64,000 nucleotides of DNA. Origin: Cyanophora paradoxa CCMP329. Lineage: Eukaryota; Plantae; Glaucophyta. Below are positions 10,876 to 21,083 of the stretch, piece by piece (positions within the stretch are counted from its first letter, which is position 1; each line of letters begins with the position of its first letter). The stretch is from the NCBI GenBank assembly GCA_004431415.1, contig QPMI01000191.1, positions 1 to 64,000 of the forward strand. Reading direction: 5' to 3'. The notes beneath the pieces were generated by a model. The model was not told where the DNA came from. It worked only from the letters and a program-made list of their open reading frames with translations, and searched no databases. The position numbers were made by a program, and so were the translations under genes.

Positions 10876-11153
10876 TTGCGAGGCGGACGAGAGTGAGGGC
10901 ATGCACTCTCTATGTGTCCCGACCTTTTCTGAACAACTCATGATTGCCGTATCATCGATCTGCATTTACTCACTTCGTTCTCTGTCGCTTGCACATGCGC
11001 GGTGTGGGATTACTAATTAGATCTAGTCTCCCTAGCCCTCTGCGGCCGCCTTCCTGCCCCCCTGCAAAGAGCAGCTCAACCAAATCCTGTGGGGTCTGAT
11101 TCATTGCAGACTCGCCTTCCCCGCCTGGGCCTGAGCTACACCAAGCTACGGTG

Positions 11154-11507
11154 AGTCCGACCAAGAGACGTGTCCGGACCCTCCCTACTTTCTTTATAGA
11201 TTATTGGAAAGGTCCGGACACTAGAGGAGGGAGGGCGTACATAAGTAGTCTGACCAAGAGACGTGTCCCGACCCTCCCAGATCTTTAAATTAATATCTGA
11301 GAGGGTCCGGACACTAGAGGAGGGCGTACATAAGTAGTCTGACCAAGAGACGTGTCCCGACCCTCCCAGATCTTTAAATTAATATCTGAGAGGGTCGAGA
11401 CACTAGAGGAGGGCGTACATAAGTAGTCTGACCAAGAGACGTGTCCCGACCCTCCCAGATCTTTAAATTAATATCTGAGAGGGTCGGGACACTAGAGGAG
11501 GGCGTAC
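11154..11507 (+). repeat. Tandem array of four ~89-bp units, each containing a 52-bp palindrome with an AT-rich centre
   Basis: Units start at 11154, 11247, 11336 and 11425. Arms gtgtcccgaccctcccagat / atctgagagggtcgggacac (19/20 complementary in unit 4) flank ctttaaattaat. Confidence 0.95.
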
Positions 11508-12156
11508 GACTTAAACTCGCGCAGCGCCGCCTGCTCCTCGCTGAGGTTCTCTGACTTCATTCGATCGCTGTAGGGCTCGGGCGGCGTACCCTCCTTGACG
11601 TGCATCCAAAACAGCTGTAAGCACCTCCTCATGAGCTTGATGTACCTCTCGTCCCGTCTGACGTACCACGTCTCAGAGTCTGCACGCGCAGAGGCGTGAA
11701 ACAGAAAAGTTCGGCCCAGTCGCGGCCCGTTATGTCCAACAGGCCCTGAAGTTGTGGCATGTAATAGGTAGGAACGCTATCGTAAAGTTCGCCCTTGTAA
11801 GGGCATTTCACCTCTAAAATCCTATCATTTCCTATCAGTCCGTCGGGGCTCCCGGCGAGGAACGGCATTTCTTTGTGTTCGTGCAGTCCAGTGTGTTGAA
11901 TGTCCACGTTATCGTTCAGTGCCTTGTAGATAGAGACCGCGAGGGGCTCGTAGTCGTGCCCGTAGGTTAGGGCAGGGTTGTCAAAGTTGTTTTCCTCCGC
12001 TATCCCGCTTAGCTCCGCCCACAGGCGGGCCCTGGATTTCCAGGGGTTTATGCCGCACGCAGCCGCAAAATTAGATGCAGTTAGTTTTTCACGGCGCGCC
12101 GCGTGCCACGCTGCGCTCCCCTGTTGCAAAGTCTCGCAATTTGTATCGGTATGCAT
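11492..12156 (-). CDS. YqaJ-like viral recombinase / lambda-exonuclease family nuclease (frameshift near 11680)
   Basis: QGSAAWHAARREKLTAS, YGHDYE, FLAGSPDGL, ILEVKCP, YYMPQLQGLL. The tail WYVRRDERYIKLMRRCLQLFW..EFKSYALL* continues in another frame. Confidence 0.9.
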
Positions 12157-12206
12157 AGCGTAGCCTCGCAGTAGCGTTTAGAATTTCTTGATGTGTGCAA
12201 TTGCAA

Positions 12207-12902
12207 ATGTCGGATGCAGAGGAAGCGCCCAGGGACGTGATCGCACAGTTCATAGATCAGGTCAAGGACCTTAGACGCTGGGTGGTAGAGCAGGCCTCGC
12301 GACCGAATCGACAGCGCCAACCCTGGCCGGTGCTAGAGCTGGCCCGGGCAGGGTGGCTAGACACGCATTACAACTCTGGCGGGGCCCTTTACGTTCGGAG
12401 CCACGACGAGGGCAGGATTATCGACGAGTTCAAGCGCATCTGGTTCGCCCTGGGCTCCAAGCTCAGCATACTCTCGACCCTCCCGGACCACATTCGCATG
12501 CAAATCCTCGAGTGGTACGCGAAGGCAAGGGACTCGCAATGGGACGACGTAAATTTGCGCGACCTCTCGCGCTTGCGCTCGGCTGTGACGGCGTATGTCA
12601 CAAACTATGATTATCACGTCAAAAAGCCCCAATTCGAAGTTGAGCCAATTCCGATGAATCTGGTACCCCTGGGATGGGAAGAGTACCCGAGTACTCGTGG
12701 AACAGGGGCCTCAACCCCCCGCGCCAGGCCCTGCCAGCCCGCCCGCCCACCGATAAACGCCCCCGCCCCGCGTGACGTCAGACGGGACATACGCGAATGG
12801 GAGGAGTGGAGCAACGACCCGAAGAACTGGCTACCCGGGGAGGCGGAGATGCGGAAGCGCGCGAGGCTGATGCCCGGCGACAGGTACCCCGACCGCGAGT
12901 AG
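12207..12902 (+). CDS. Hypothetical protein, paralogue A
   Basis: Open 231-aa frame from ATG 12207; aligns by eye with the next gene. Confidence 0.7.
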   Translation: MSDAEEAPRDVIAQFIDQVKDLRRWVVEQASRPNRQRQPWPVLELARAGWLDTHYNSGGALYVRSHDEGRIIDEFKRIWFALGSKLSILSTLPDHIRMQILEWYAKARDSQWDDVNLRDLSRLRSAVTAYVTNYDYHVKKPQFEVEPIPMNLVPLGWEEYPSTRGTGASTPRARPCQPARPPINAPAPRDVRRDIREWEEWSNDPKNWLPGEAEMRKRARLMPGDRYPDRE

Positions 12903-12936
12903 GGGTACAGGTATAAATTCTCACCGAGCCGCGAGC

Positions 12937-13674
12937 ATGGCGCGAACACGCGAGTCCGACGTGCTGTACAACAACGGCGACCTGGACGGGGAGATTCGAC
13001 AGCGGAACGTGGACTTGGAGGATGCGAACGCAGTGCTGGAGGGGAGGCGCACGTCCTCAGGGGCGGCTCGCCGGCGGAGAACTTCATGGAGCGCGTGCTC
13101 TACCTTGTGCGCTGGATTAGAGACGAATTCCACGACGAGCGAGAGCTCCCGGACAGGGAGATGATCAGGGCCGCGGGCTTGATGGGTATGACAGAGAACC
13201 CGAGATCGTACCTGAGGCGCGAACGCAGGGATCTGAACGGCGATTGGGCCGACCTGCAAGCGCTGTGGACGGCCTTTGCGAACCGCAAGAGCCAGATCCT
13301 TGCCCTGCCCGCGCAGGTACAGCAGCGTATCATTGATTTCGTAGCCCCCTGGCGCGACGAGTCCCTCCAGCAGCCATTCATGCAACCACGCTTCCTCTCC
13401 GGGCTCAGGAGCGCGTTCTTCCACTTGGCCGTGAGCAGCGACCGGTATTTCACACCGCAGAGGATCGTTCACGGCGAATTCGGCATACCCCCGAGTGGCT
13501 GAATTTTGCCACCGTACCCCTTCCCCACCCCGCCTCGAAGGCCCCCCCTCCCCTACCCCCGAGCAGCGTGAGTCACTCAAGCGTCAGAGGGAGGTACGCG
13601 AATGGATGGACGACACCAGCCACTGGGTACAGGGCGAGGCCGAATTACGCAAGTTCGGAAGGTTCGGGCAGTAA
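12937..13674 (+). CDS. Hypothetical protein, paralogue B (frameshifts near 13045 and 13490-13560)
   Basis: MARTRESDVLYNNG..ENFMERVLYLVRW..LSGLRSAF..REVREWMDDTSHWVQGEAELRKFGRFGQ*. Confidence 0.65.
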
Positions 13675-14332
13675 CAGCGGGGGGTACAGCATTCAGTTAG
13701 AGCCTGAGCATCGTTAGAGGCCGGGAGGCCCCCCGAGGGGTACACCGGCTGTTACTCCCCGCGTCGGTTAGTGCTAGCCCCCCTGTTAGTGCAGCGTGTA
13801 CCTGATCGCAATATAACACCCAAACCTCCGCGACGCGTGACTCATGCAACCTCCGAGGGTTAACAATGCATTGACAGCGAAGGGGCAAGCTCGAGAGCTC
13901 AACGCTTCACAAAGGCCCACTTATATAGTGAGTATTATCCGACGATCGACAATATTAATTGACGAATAGGCTCTGATCATGATAAGAGTGTCCCAAGTTA
14001 CCAAGTAGCTGCCTAAAAGTTTGAACTAAAGTCTCTGACAGCTGCGGCACTAGGCTGCTTACATCCTCCTGCACTGCGCATGATGCATACGTCCAAATTG
14101 CCTTGCTACTAGCGGCTAAGCGTGAAAATCCCCCGGGGCCCATTTAAAGTACAGATCATTAGTGCCGCTCTGAGAGCTCTGACTTTTGAAACACTGCGGT
14201 GAGCAAATATCAACGAAAGGCCAGAAAAAAGACCCGTCTGCCAGAAAGGAGGCCTACGGGGCGCGGGCTGCTTCAAAAAAGAAGAGGAGGGAGGAAGAGG
14301 ATGAGGGAGGGGCGCAGGTGGGCGCGGGGCGC

Positions 14333-17300
14333 TCAGACGTCCACGCGGTCGAGGCTGCTGGGGGCCATCGACTCGGGGCGCCGCGCGGGGACGTAGACAC
14401 CCTCCTGGGAGCGGCGGGCGGGGATGTACCCCTCCTGGGAGCGGCGCGAGGGGGCGGGGTCGCGGTCGGGGATCGAGTCGAACTCGACGGCCGCGCCGAC
14501 GGCGACGGAGCGCTGGTGCACGTGGGCGCCCCCGTGCCCCGAGCCCGACGGCGGGCTCGCCGGCGGGATCGCCTGCGCCGGCCCCGCGGTGAGCCCGGGG
14601 CAGGCAGGAGGGGCCGGGGCGGGGCGGGGCGCGGGGGCCCCACCTGGGCGACGAGCTCGCGCATGTTGCGGATGCTGTCGCCGGCGAGGGGCGTGCCGTC
14701 GACGAAGGGCGTGCCCCGCAGCTTGCTGATCGACCCGTCCGGGTCCCGCACCGACCAGTCCTCCTCCGGCCGCGCGTGCTCTGCCGCCCCCGCCCGAGCC
14801 TCGCAAGGGGCGCCCGCGAGGGAGGGTTCGCGCGGGGCGGGAGGGGGCACCGTGGCCGGCGACGGCCGTCGGCAGCGCGTTGACGTGCTGCGCCCGCACC
14901 GACCACTGCGCCCCAGGCGGCAGCGTCGGAGGCGAGGGGGGTTAGGGCGGGCGCGGGAGGCGAGCGCCCGGCGCGCACGTCATCCAGCTCTGCGCGCGGC
15001 GACGCGTGAGTCGAGGGCGCGGGGCCCGGCGGGGCGGGGCGGGGCGGGGCGGGCGCGCCGGTCTTCTTCTCGTGGTGCCCGTAGTACCCCCGCGTGCCGA
15101 AGTAGATGATGGTGACCTGGGGGCGGGGGTTGGGAGGGGGCAGGGGGGGGCAGCGGGGGGGGCGGGGCGGGGCGGGGGCACGTAGGCGGCGAGCCAGCCG
15201 AGGACGATGGCGAGGGCGGCGAAGGCGGCGATGGCCGACGCGTTCAGCGGCGCCGGCAGCGAGTAGTTCATGATCGCCACCTGCCGCCCCCGCCCCCGTC
15301 GCCCCGAGCTCCTCCCAGGGGCGGGGCGCGGCGCGGGGGCTCCGAGGGGGCGGGGGCGGACGATGTAGATGACGAAGATCTCGAGGAGGTTGAGGAGCAT
15401 GCCGACGCCGGGGACGACGCCGTGGCGCCACCAGTTGAAGTGCGGCTTCCCCGCGAAGTTCACCTGCCCGCCCCCCGTGAGGCCCGCCCCGCCGCGCCCC
15501 GCCCCCGGCCCGCCGCGGGCACCATGCAGGTGAAGCAGATGCCGGCGTAGAGGAGGAACCTGCCGCCCCGCCCCGGCCCCTCGGCCCCGCCCCGCACCGC
15601 CCCGCGGGGCCCCGCGAGCGCTGCAACGCACGTCCCCACGTTGGAGGCCATCGTCACCGCCGTGATCGCGATCGTGTTGTTGTACGCGTCCTGCTCCCCG
15701 GCACCGTCGGCGGGGGCCCGAGGCGGGGCCGGCGCGGGGAGGGGCAGCGCACCTTGTTCGCCACGCACGCGATCCCGAGCACGCAGTTGATGACTGAGGC
15801 GCCGGCGTCAGGGGCCGGGCGGGGGGAGGCCGGGGGAGGCCGGGGGCGGGGCGGGGGGGCGCACAGAAGGAGAAGAGGAGGCCGACCCAGGGGGTGCGCC
15901 ACGTGGGGTGCAGGCGGCACATGAAGGACGGGAACTGCCGCTCCGTCGCCTGCAAGCGGGCGCCGCGCACGCCCGGGTCGGACCCGGCATGGCAGGGCGG
16001 GGGTGGAAGGGGCGGGGGGCGGGCAGGGGCGGGCCATGAAGAGGGAGACGCGGACGGCGGCGTTGGAGGCGGCGAGGGTGGTGCCGAAGATGGAGAGGAG
16101 GACGGTGACGGCCTGGATGCACATCAGCGCGTACCCGTTCAGCCCGAAGTAGTTCCCCGCCACGATCGTCAGGTCCTGCCACCGCCCCGGCCCGAGGCTC
16201 AGCGCCGGGGCGGGTCGGGTGGGGCGGGCGGGCGGGGCGGGGGAACGGGGGCGGGGCACCCCGATGGGGGCCATGGAGCCGGCGGAGCGGAAGGAGGCCG
16301 GCATCGCCGCCGAGGCCGAGACGTACTCGAAGGGGTACGAGAGCAGCGCCTGCAGCGCGAGCGAGAGCACGCAGCCGACCGCCACGTTGCGCTCCGGCTT
16401 CTTCGTCTCGCCGCCTGGTGCCCCGGTGAGCGGGGGGCGGGGAGCGGGGCCTCGGGGGGCGGGCGCGCCGAGCTGCGTGGAGGAGTCGAAGCCGACGAGG
16501 ATGAGGATGGCGATGGAGGACTGGTAGACCATCCCCAGCCCGCTGTTCACCTGCCGGCCAACCTCGAACCCCGGAGCGAGCCGGGCGGGCGCTCGGGGCG
16601 CCGGCTCTGCGCGGGCACCTTGAAGATGTCCGAGGTCTTCTCGAAGAGCCAGGTGTCGCCGGCGGGGATGAGCGCCGTCGCCACCGTCGTCGGGTTCGCC
16701 GCCACCTCGGGCGGCCCCGCCGCGTTCCGGTCCCGGAAGGCCGCCCAGAGCACCCCGTACCTGCCCCAGCCGAGGCCGCCTCGGCTGCGGTCCCGAGGCG
16801 GGGCGGGGCGGGGCGGGGGGGCGGACAGGAAGATGGCGGCCGACTGCATGATGACCACGCAGATGTTGAAGTTCGTCCTGCGCCGCCCGGCGGCCCCGGC
16901 CCGAGTGAGCGGGGCGCCGGCGGGGCGGCGCGGGGGGAGGCGCGCACGAGAAGTTTATGCCCTTCATCGCGATGCCGGCCACGATGGCGGCGCACATGAT
17001 GGCGATCCCCGCCGCCGCGCCCGGCGAGAGCGGGTTCGTCGGGTCCCGCCCCGGCGACGTGTTGATCTGCGCCCCCGGTTCGAGTCGGTTCAGGTTGCGC
17101 TACTGTCGGTCAGTTGGGACGGGGTCTGCCGCGCACGAGGTAGACGATGACCTGCAGCGGGGAACGGCGGCCGGGTGAGCGGGGCCGGCGGGTGTGGCGG
17201 GGCGGAGGGCGGCGGCCGCTCACTTGGCTCATGAGGGCAGTTGTGACGCCTGCGGGCGAGGGGCGTGAGCGGGCGGCGGGGCGCAGCGCCGGCGCGAGCC

Positions 17301-18445
17301 CCCGGGGGATTCTGGTCACCGGGGTACACCCAGCTGCGGGGGCGGCTGCGGTCAGGCGGGGTACGGCGGGCCCGGGAGGGGAACCGAGGCTGCACGCACT
17401 AGAAGAGGTGGATCTGGCCGTGGGGAAAGAAGGGGGAAGGGGGCGTCAGCGGGTGCGGGGGAGGCGAGGGCGGCTGCAGCGCTCTCCCGCAGCTCCCGGG
17501 CGCACCGAGAAGCCCATGTACCACTTCATGAGGCTCGACCACTGGCCCGCCCCGTGCAGTCAGCGGGCGCGGGGAGGGGAAGCGCAGGGCCCGCACCGGC
17601 CGGAACACGCGGTAGCGGCAGTGCTTGAACGCGCGCTCCGCAAAGTAGTACGCGCCCCCGGCCCCGGCCTCGGGGTACACGTGCGCCCTGGGGACACGCC
17701 GGTGCGGGGTCAAGGCCGGGCCGGGGCGGGGCGGGGGCGGGGCGGGGGCGGGGCGGGGGGGCGGGGGCGGACAGCTCGGCGAAGGGGAAGGCGGTCATGA
17801 AGGCGACCCAGACGGCGAAGATGATCCCCACGAACGTGTCCTTCGCGAACGAGTTCCCCTGGTTGTCGATGCACGCCAGGTTCCTGCCCCGCCCGCCCGG
17901 GGCCCCCGCCGTCGGCCCCCGCCCCCGCGCCCCGCCCCGCCCCCGCGCCCGGGCCCCACGCACAGCGCGTAGGTCGTCCACAGGAAGGCCCCCGGCGCAA
18001 TGAGCGCCATCTGCGGTCGGGCGCTTGAGCGGGCGGCACGGTCCCGGCACGGGGCGCGAGGTCCGGCCTTGACACGGAGGAGCTCACCGAATTGATCGTA
18101 ACCCCGGCGAGCCCTAGCAGCGGCGCTGGAAGCGGCGGCGCGGCTGCGCGCTTGCCTGCGCGAGATTGTCAAATGGAGGCCTCTCCGCGGAGTTGCTGCC
18201 CGAGATCGCGCGGCGCGCAATGCGCCGGGGCGCTAGCGCCCCTTCTTAAGGGAGGAACCCGCGCTGTAGCCTTTATAATCGCTATGTGTCCTATCGCCGT
18301 ATCGACAGCGCCCCCCGCTCCTGGCGGGACCGCTCCTCATGCAATTTTGCAAAACGCGCTCACTCTCGCCGGGGTCCAGCGTGAAGACATGGTCTCCCCC
18401 GCCCGCTGGCCGGACCGAATTGCCTGGATCGTTGTGCTGCCCCAT
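14333..18445 (-). CDS. APC-superfamily amino acid permease, multi-exon
   Basis: Exons LLGLAGVTINS|MALIAPGAFLWTTY, YPEAGAGGAYYFAERAF, AILILVGFDSSTQLG|ETKKPERNV, FGTTLAASNAAVRVS, FPSFMCRLHPTWRTPW; long hydrophilic C-terminal tail. Confidence 0.85.
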
Positions 18446-19027
18446 CAGCTGCGCTGTGCGTGGCGACGCAGCAGTTTTGCGTGATTCGCTGCGCAGCCTG
18501 CGCGGGGGCTCCCGCTAATCGCCACCGGGGTCTAAACAAGCTGCTATGCTTGGCGCACGGCCGGCTGGCGTGCCGTTCCGCCTTGCTAAAGGATGCGACT
18601 CTTGGAAGAAGGGGGAGTACGCTGTTTCAGGAGCCGAGTTTTCAGATCCCGCGCGCGCAGCCGCGCGCGCTGGGATCGAGCCGGAGCGGGCGCATTGTTC
18701 CCGTCTCCGCAAATGCGCGCCCACAGCCATCGCAGATCAAGCGCCAGCGCGAGCTATAGCGCGCGCACAGCTAGCAGCTATAGCGGAGCCTTGCTATAGC
18801 TATATAGCGCTAGCTGCAGCGCTAGCGGAAGCTCGAGCGCAAATTAAAAAGAGCGGGATCCCGCGGCCGGAGTCGTGAACGGATCTTCCGAGCGCAAAGA
18901 GCGTTAGCTATAGCATGCGCACGTGCATATGTACACGCGAGAACCGCGCACGGCGCGGAGCGCAAGCTAAGCGCATCCTTAGTCGACCCGGACTCGACTC
19001 CCGCCGTATACGTATATATACTGAGTA

Positions 19028-19253
19028 CGTAGCGATAGGCCGGAGCATGATGTTTTGCGCCGCGGTACCGGTCGGCGCTGTCGAGCCTCGGAGGGCTGAG
19101 GCTTCGGGGGCTCCGAAGGCGGGGCTCCAGTCAGTGAAACGCTCTGTATTTGTGCCTTCGCCAAGACCGCCGCAGCTGCCTGTTGCGCCTGCTGCGGGGT
19201 CGCTCCTCCTTGTCATGCCTGCCTTCCGCGGCTTGCCAAGTTGAGCATGCTGG
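19028..19253 (-). pseudogene. Duplicated fragment of the gene at 26525-27458 (source 27037-27244)
   Basis: Near-identical stretch cgtagcgataggccggagcatgatgttttgcgccgcgg..ttgagcatgctgg with small insertions. Confidence 0.85.
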
Positions 19254-19523
19254 GGGGTTTATTATAGACCTTCGATTCGTACAGAGGAAGAAGAACAGAG
19301 AAAGTACTTTAAGAATAGAGCTCATTAGAAAAGCGTTATGTCTGTAAATGGGTTGCACTGCGAAAGAACTGTGATGAATCTCTGCGCCCAACAAAGAGGG
19401 CTGTACAGCGGGTCTAGCACTGCGGCGACACGCTCGGGCGGCAAAAAAGGCGCCGCGGAGCACACGGAGGGAGTTATTCTGAGGCAGAAAAAGGGGCGCG
19501 AGTGGGAGGAGCGGGGCCCCGGG

Positions 19524-21083
19524 TCAGAGGGCGTCGAGGGGGAAGGGGCGGTGGTCGGCGGGGAGGGACGAGGCGTCGGAGGCGGGGGAGGGGAGGTCGG
19601 AGAGGGGCCCCTCGGAGGAGTAGGCCGGGGAGGCGGCGGAGAGCTCGTCGATGATGTCGAGGGCCCCCACGTCGAGCTCCGTGAACGAGAGCGCCTCCAC
19701 CTCCTCCGGCCCCGGCACCCCCGAGCAGCACCCCAGCTCCCCGCACTCCCCCGCCACCTCGCCCGTCGCCGGCGGCAACGGCGCCGGGGAGCCCGACGGG
19801 GCGGTCGGGGCCGGGTCGGGGGCCGGGACCGGGGCCGGGGCCGGGGCGGGTGCGAGCGGGATGGCGGGAATGTTGATGTGCAGCGGGAGGACGAGCGGCG
19901 CCGGCTGCGGCGGCGGCCCGGCTCGCCCCGCTGGAGCCGTCGGCACGGCCGGGCGGTACGGGCCTGGGGCCGCGGGTGCCGTGAAGGCGTGCCCGGCCGC
20001 CTGGAAGCGCTGCGCCGCGATGCCGCCGCGCGCCGGCGCCGCCGCGGCCGCGCGGGGCGCCGCGGCCGGGGCGCCCTGCGCCCTCGCCCTGCCGCGGCGC
20101 TGCGCCGGCTGGGGTGGCTGGCGCGCAACCGCCGGCGGTTGGTGCCGCAGAGCGTGCGGTTGCGGCGGGTAGTGGGGCGGGGCGGGGCGCGCGTGTCCGT
20201 TGGGGCCGTTGGCAGGGAGAGCGGCGAGGACGTTGGAGAGGAGGGGCGAGAGGAGCGGGGAGAGCGAGGAGAGCGAGGAGGCGAGCTGCTGGAGGTACGG
20301 CAGCTGCCCGTTGAGCTGCGAGAGGAGCGCCAGCGCCGGGTTGGGCGGCGGCGGCGCGGGCGCGAGGGCGGCGTAGGACGGGTTCGCGGCCGTTGCTGCT
20401 GCCGCGCGCTCGATTGCCTCGGGAGATTGCGCTTTCATCCACTGGATGCCCACGCGCAGCGCCCGCCGCGCCTCATCAGCTGCGCAAACGGTTGGCGTCA
20501 GTTAGCCGGAAAGGGATCCGAGGGGCGCGCGGGGTCGTCCGATTTCGCGCGTTAGGAGCGCTCGCAATCATCGGAGTTCAACGGGAGACTTGAAAACGCG
20601 AACCATGCGGGTAGGTTCCGAGTCGCACGGTGCGCTCCGAAGCGCCCGTCACGTAAGCTACAGCGTCCCAGGCGCCTGGAGTGAGCACGGATCCGACGAT
20701 ACATCCCCAGACGTTGTCGGCTGAGGCGTTGGAGCCGGATGCCGTTGCCTGGGGAGGCGGTTGCATATCTGTCGCGCGTGAGAAATCGTCGGTTATGTCG
20801 TTTTCCGTGAAGGCTCGCGCGCACCGGGCGTCGGAAAAGGCTCGGAAGACTCATTGGAGAGGCGAGGCCGCTTGTGCGGGTGCGCGTCGGCACAAGACTC
20901 CGAAACGGTTGCCCTTGATGACGGATGTTGGCACGCTGGCAAAGGCTGTGCAGGTCCGGGAGTCGCTATCGTTGAATCCGAATCGAGAAAGCTGAAGTCG
21001 AGGTCTCGCGGGAGGTCGACGGTTGCCCAGCTGCAAGCCTCAACTGTTGCATCGTGGGCGTGTTCACTTCCGCCGGAGCTCAT
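19524..21083 (-). CDS. AP2-like DNA-binding domain transcription factor with Pro/Ala-rich and acidic C-terminus
   Basis: Spliced WDAVAYVTGASERTVRLGTYPH|ADEARRALRVGIQW resembles AP2 (WxA..LGxF..AAxA); NLS-like HKRPRL. Confidence 0.6.

Larger units (their letters stand above)
1067..13900. mobile_element. Endogenous virus-like / self-replicating DNA element (UL9-like helicase, YqaJ exonuclease, palindromic repeats, small ORFs); boundaries approximate and may extend left of the window
   Basis: Densely packed ORFs without the host's short introns; two hallmark viral replication/recombination genes; shared upstream motif; element-specific repeat families; switch to intron-rich host genes after ~14.3 kb. 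Confidence 0.75.

Noticed and set aside
11154-11507. CRISPR array next to a Cas4-like nuclease
   Set aside because: The sequence between palindromes is essentially identical (no unique spacers). The nuclease has YqaJ motifs without the Cas4 Fe-S cysteines, and no cas genes are present.
1067-13900. Definite assignment as Polinton/PLV, Helitron or giant-virus insertion
   Set aside because: No recognisable pPolB, integrase, capsid, A32 ATPase, HUH Rep or PIF1 helicase in the window; left unclassified.
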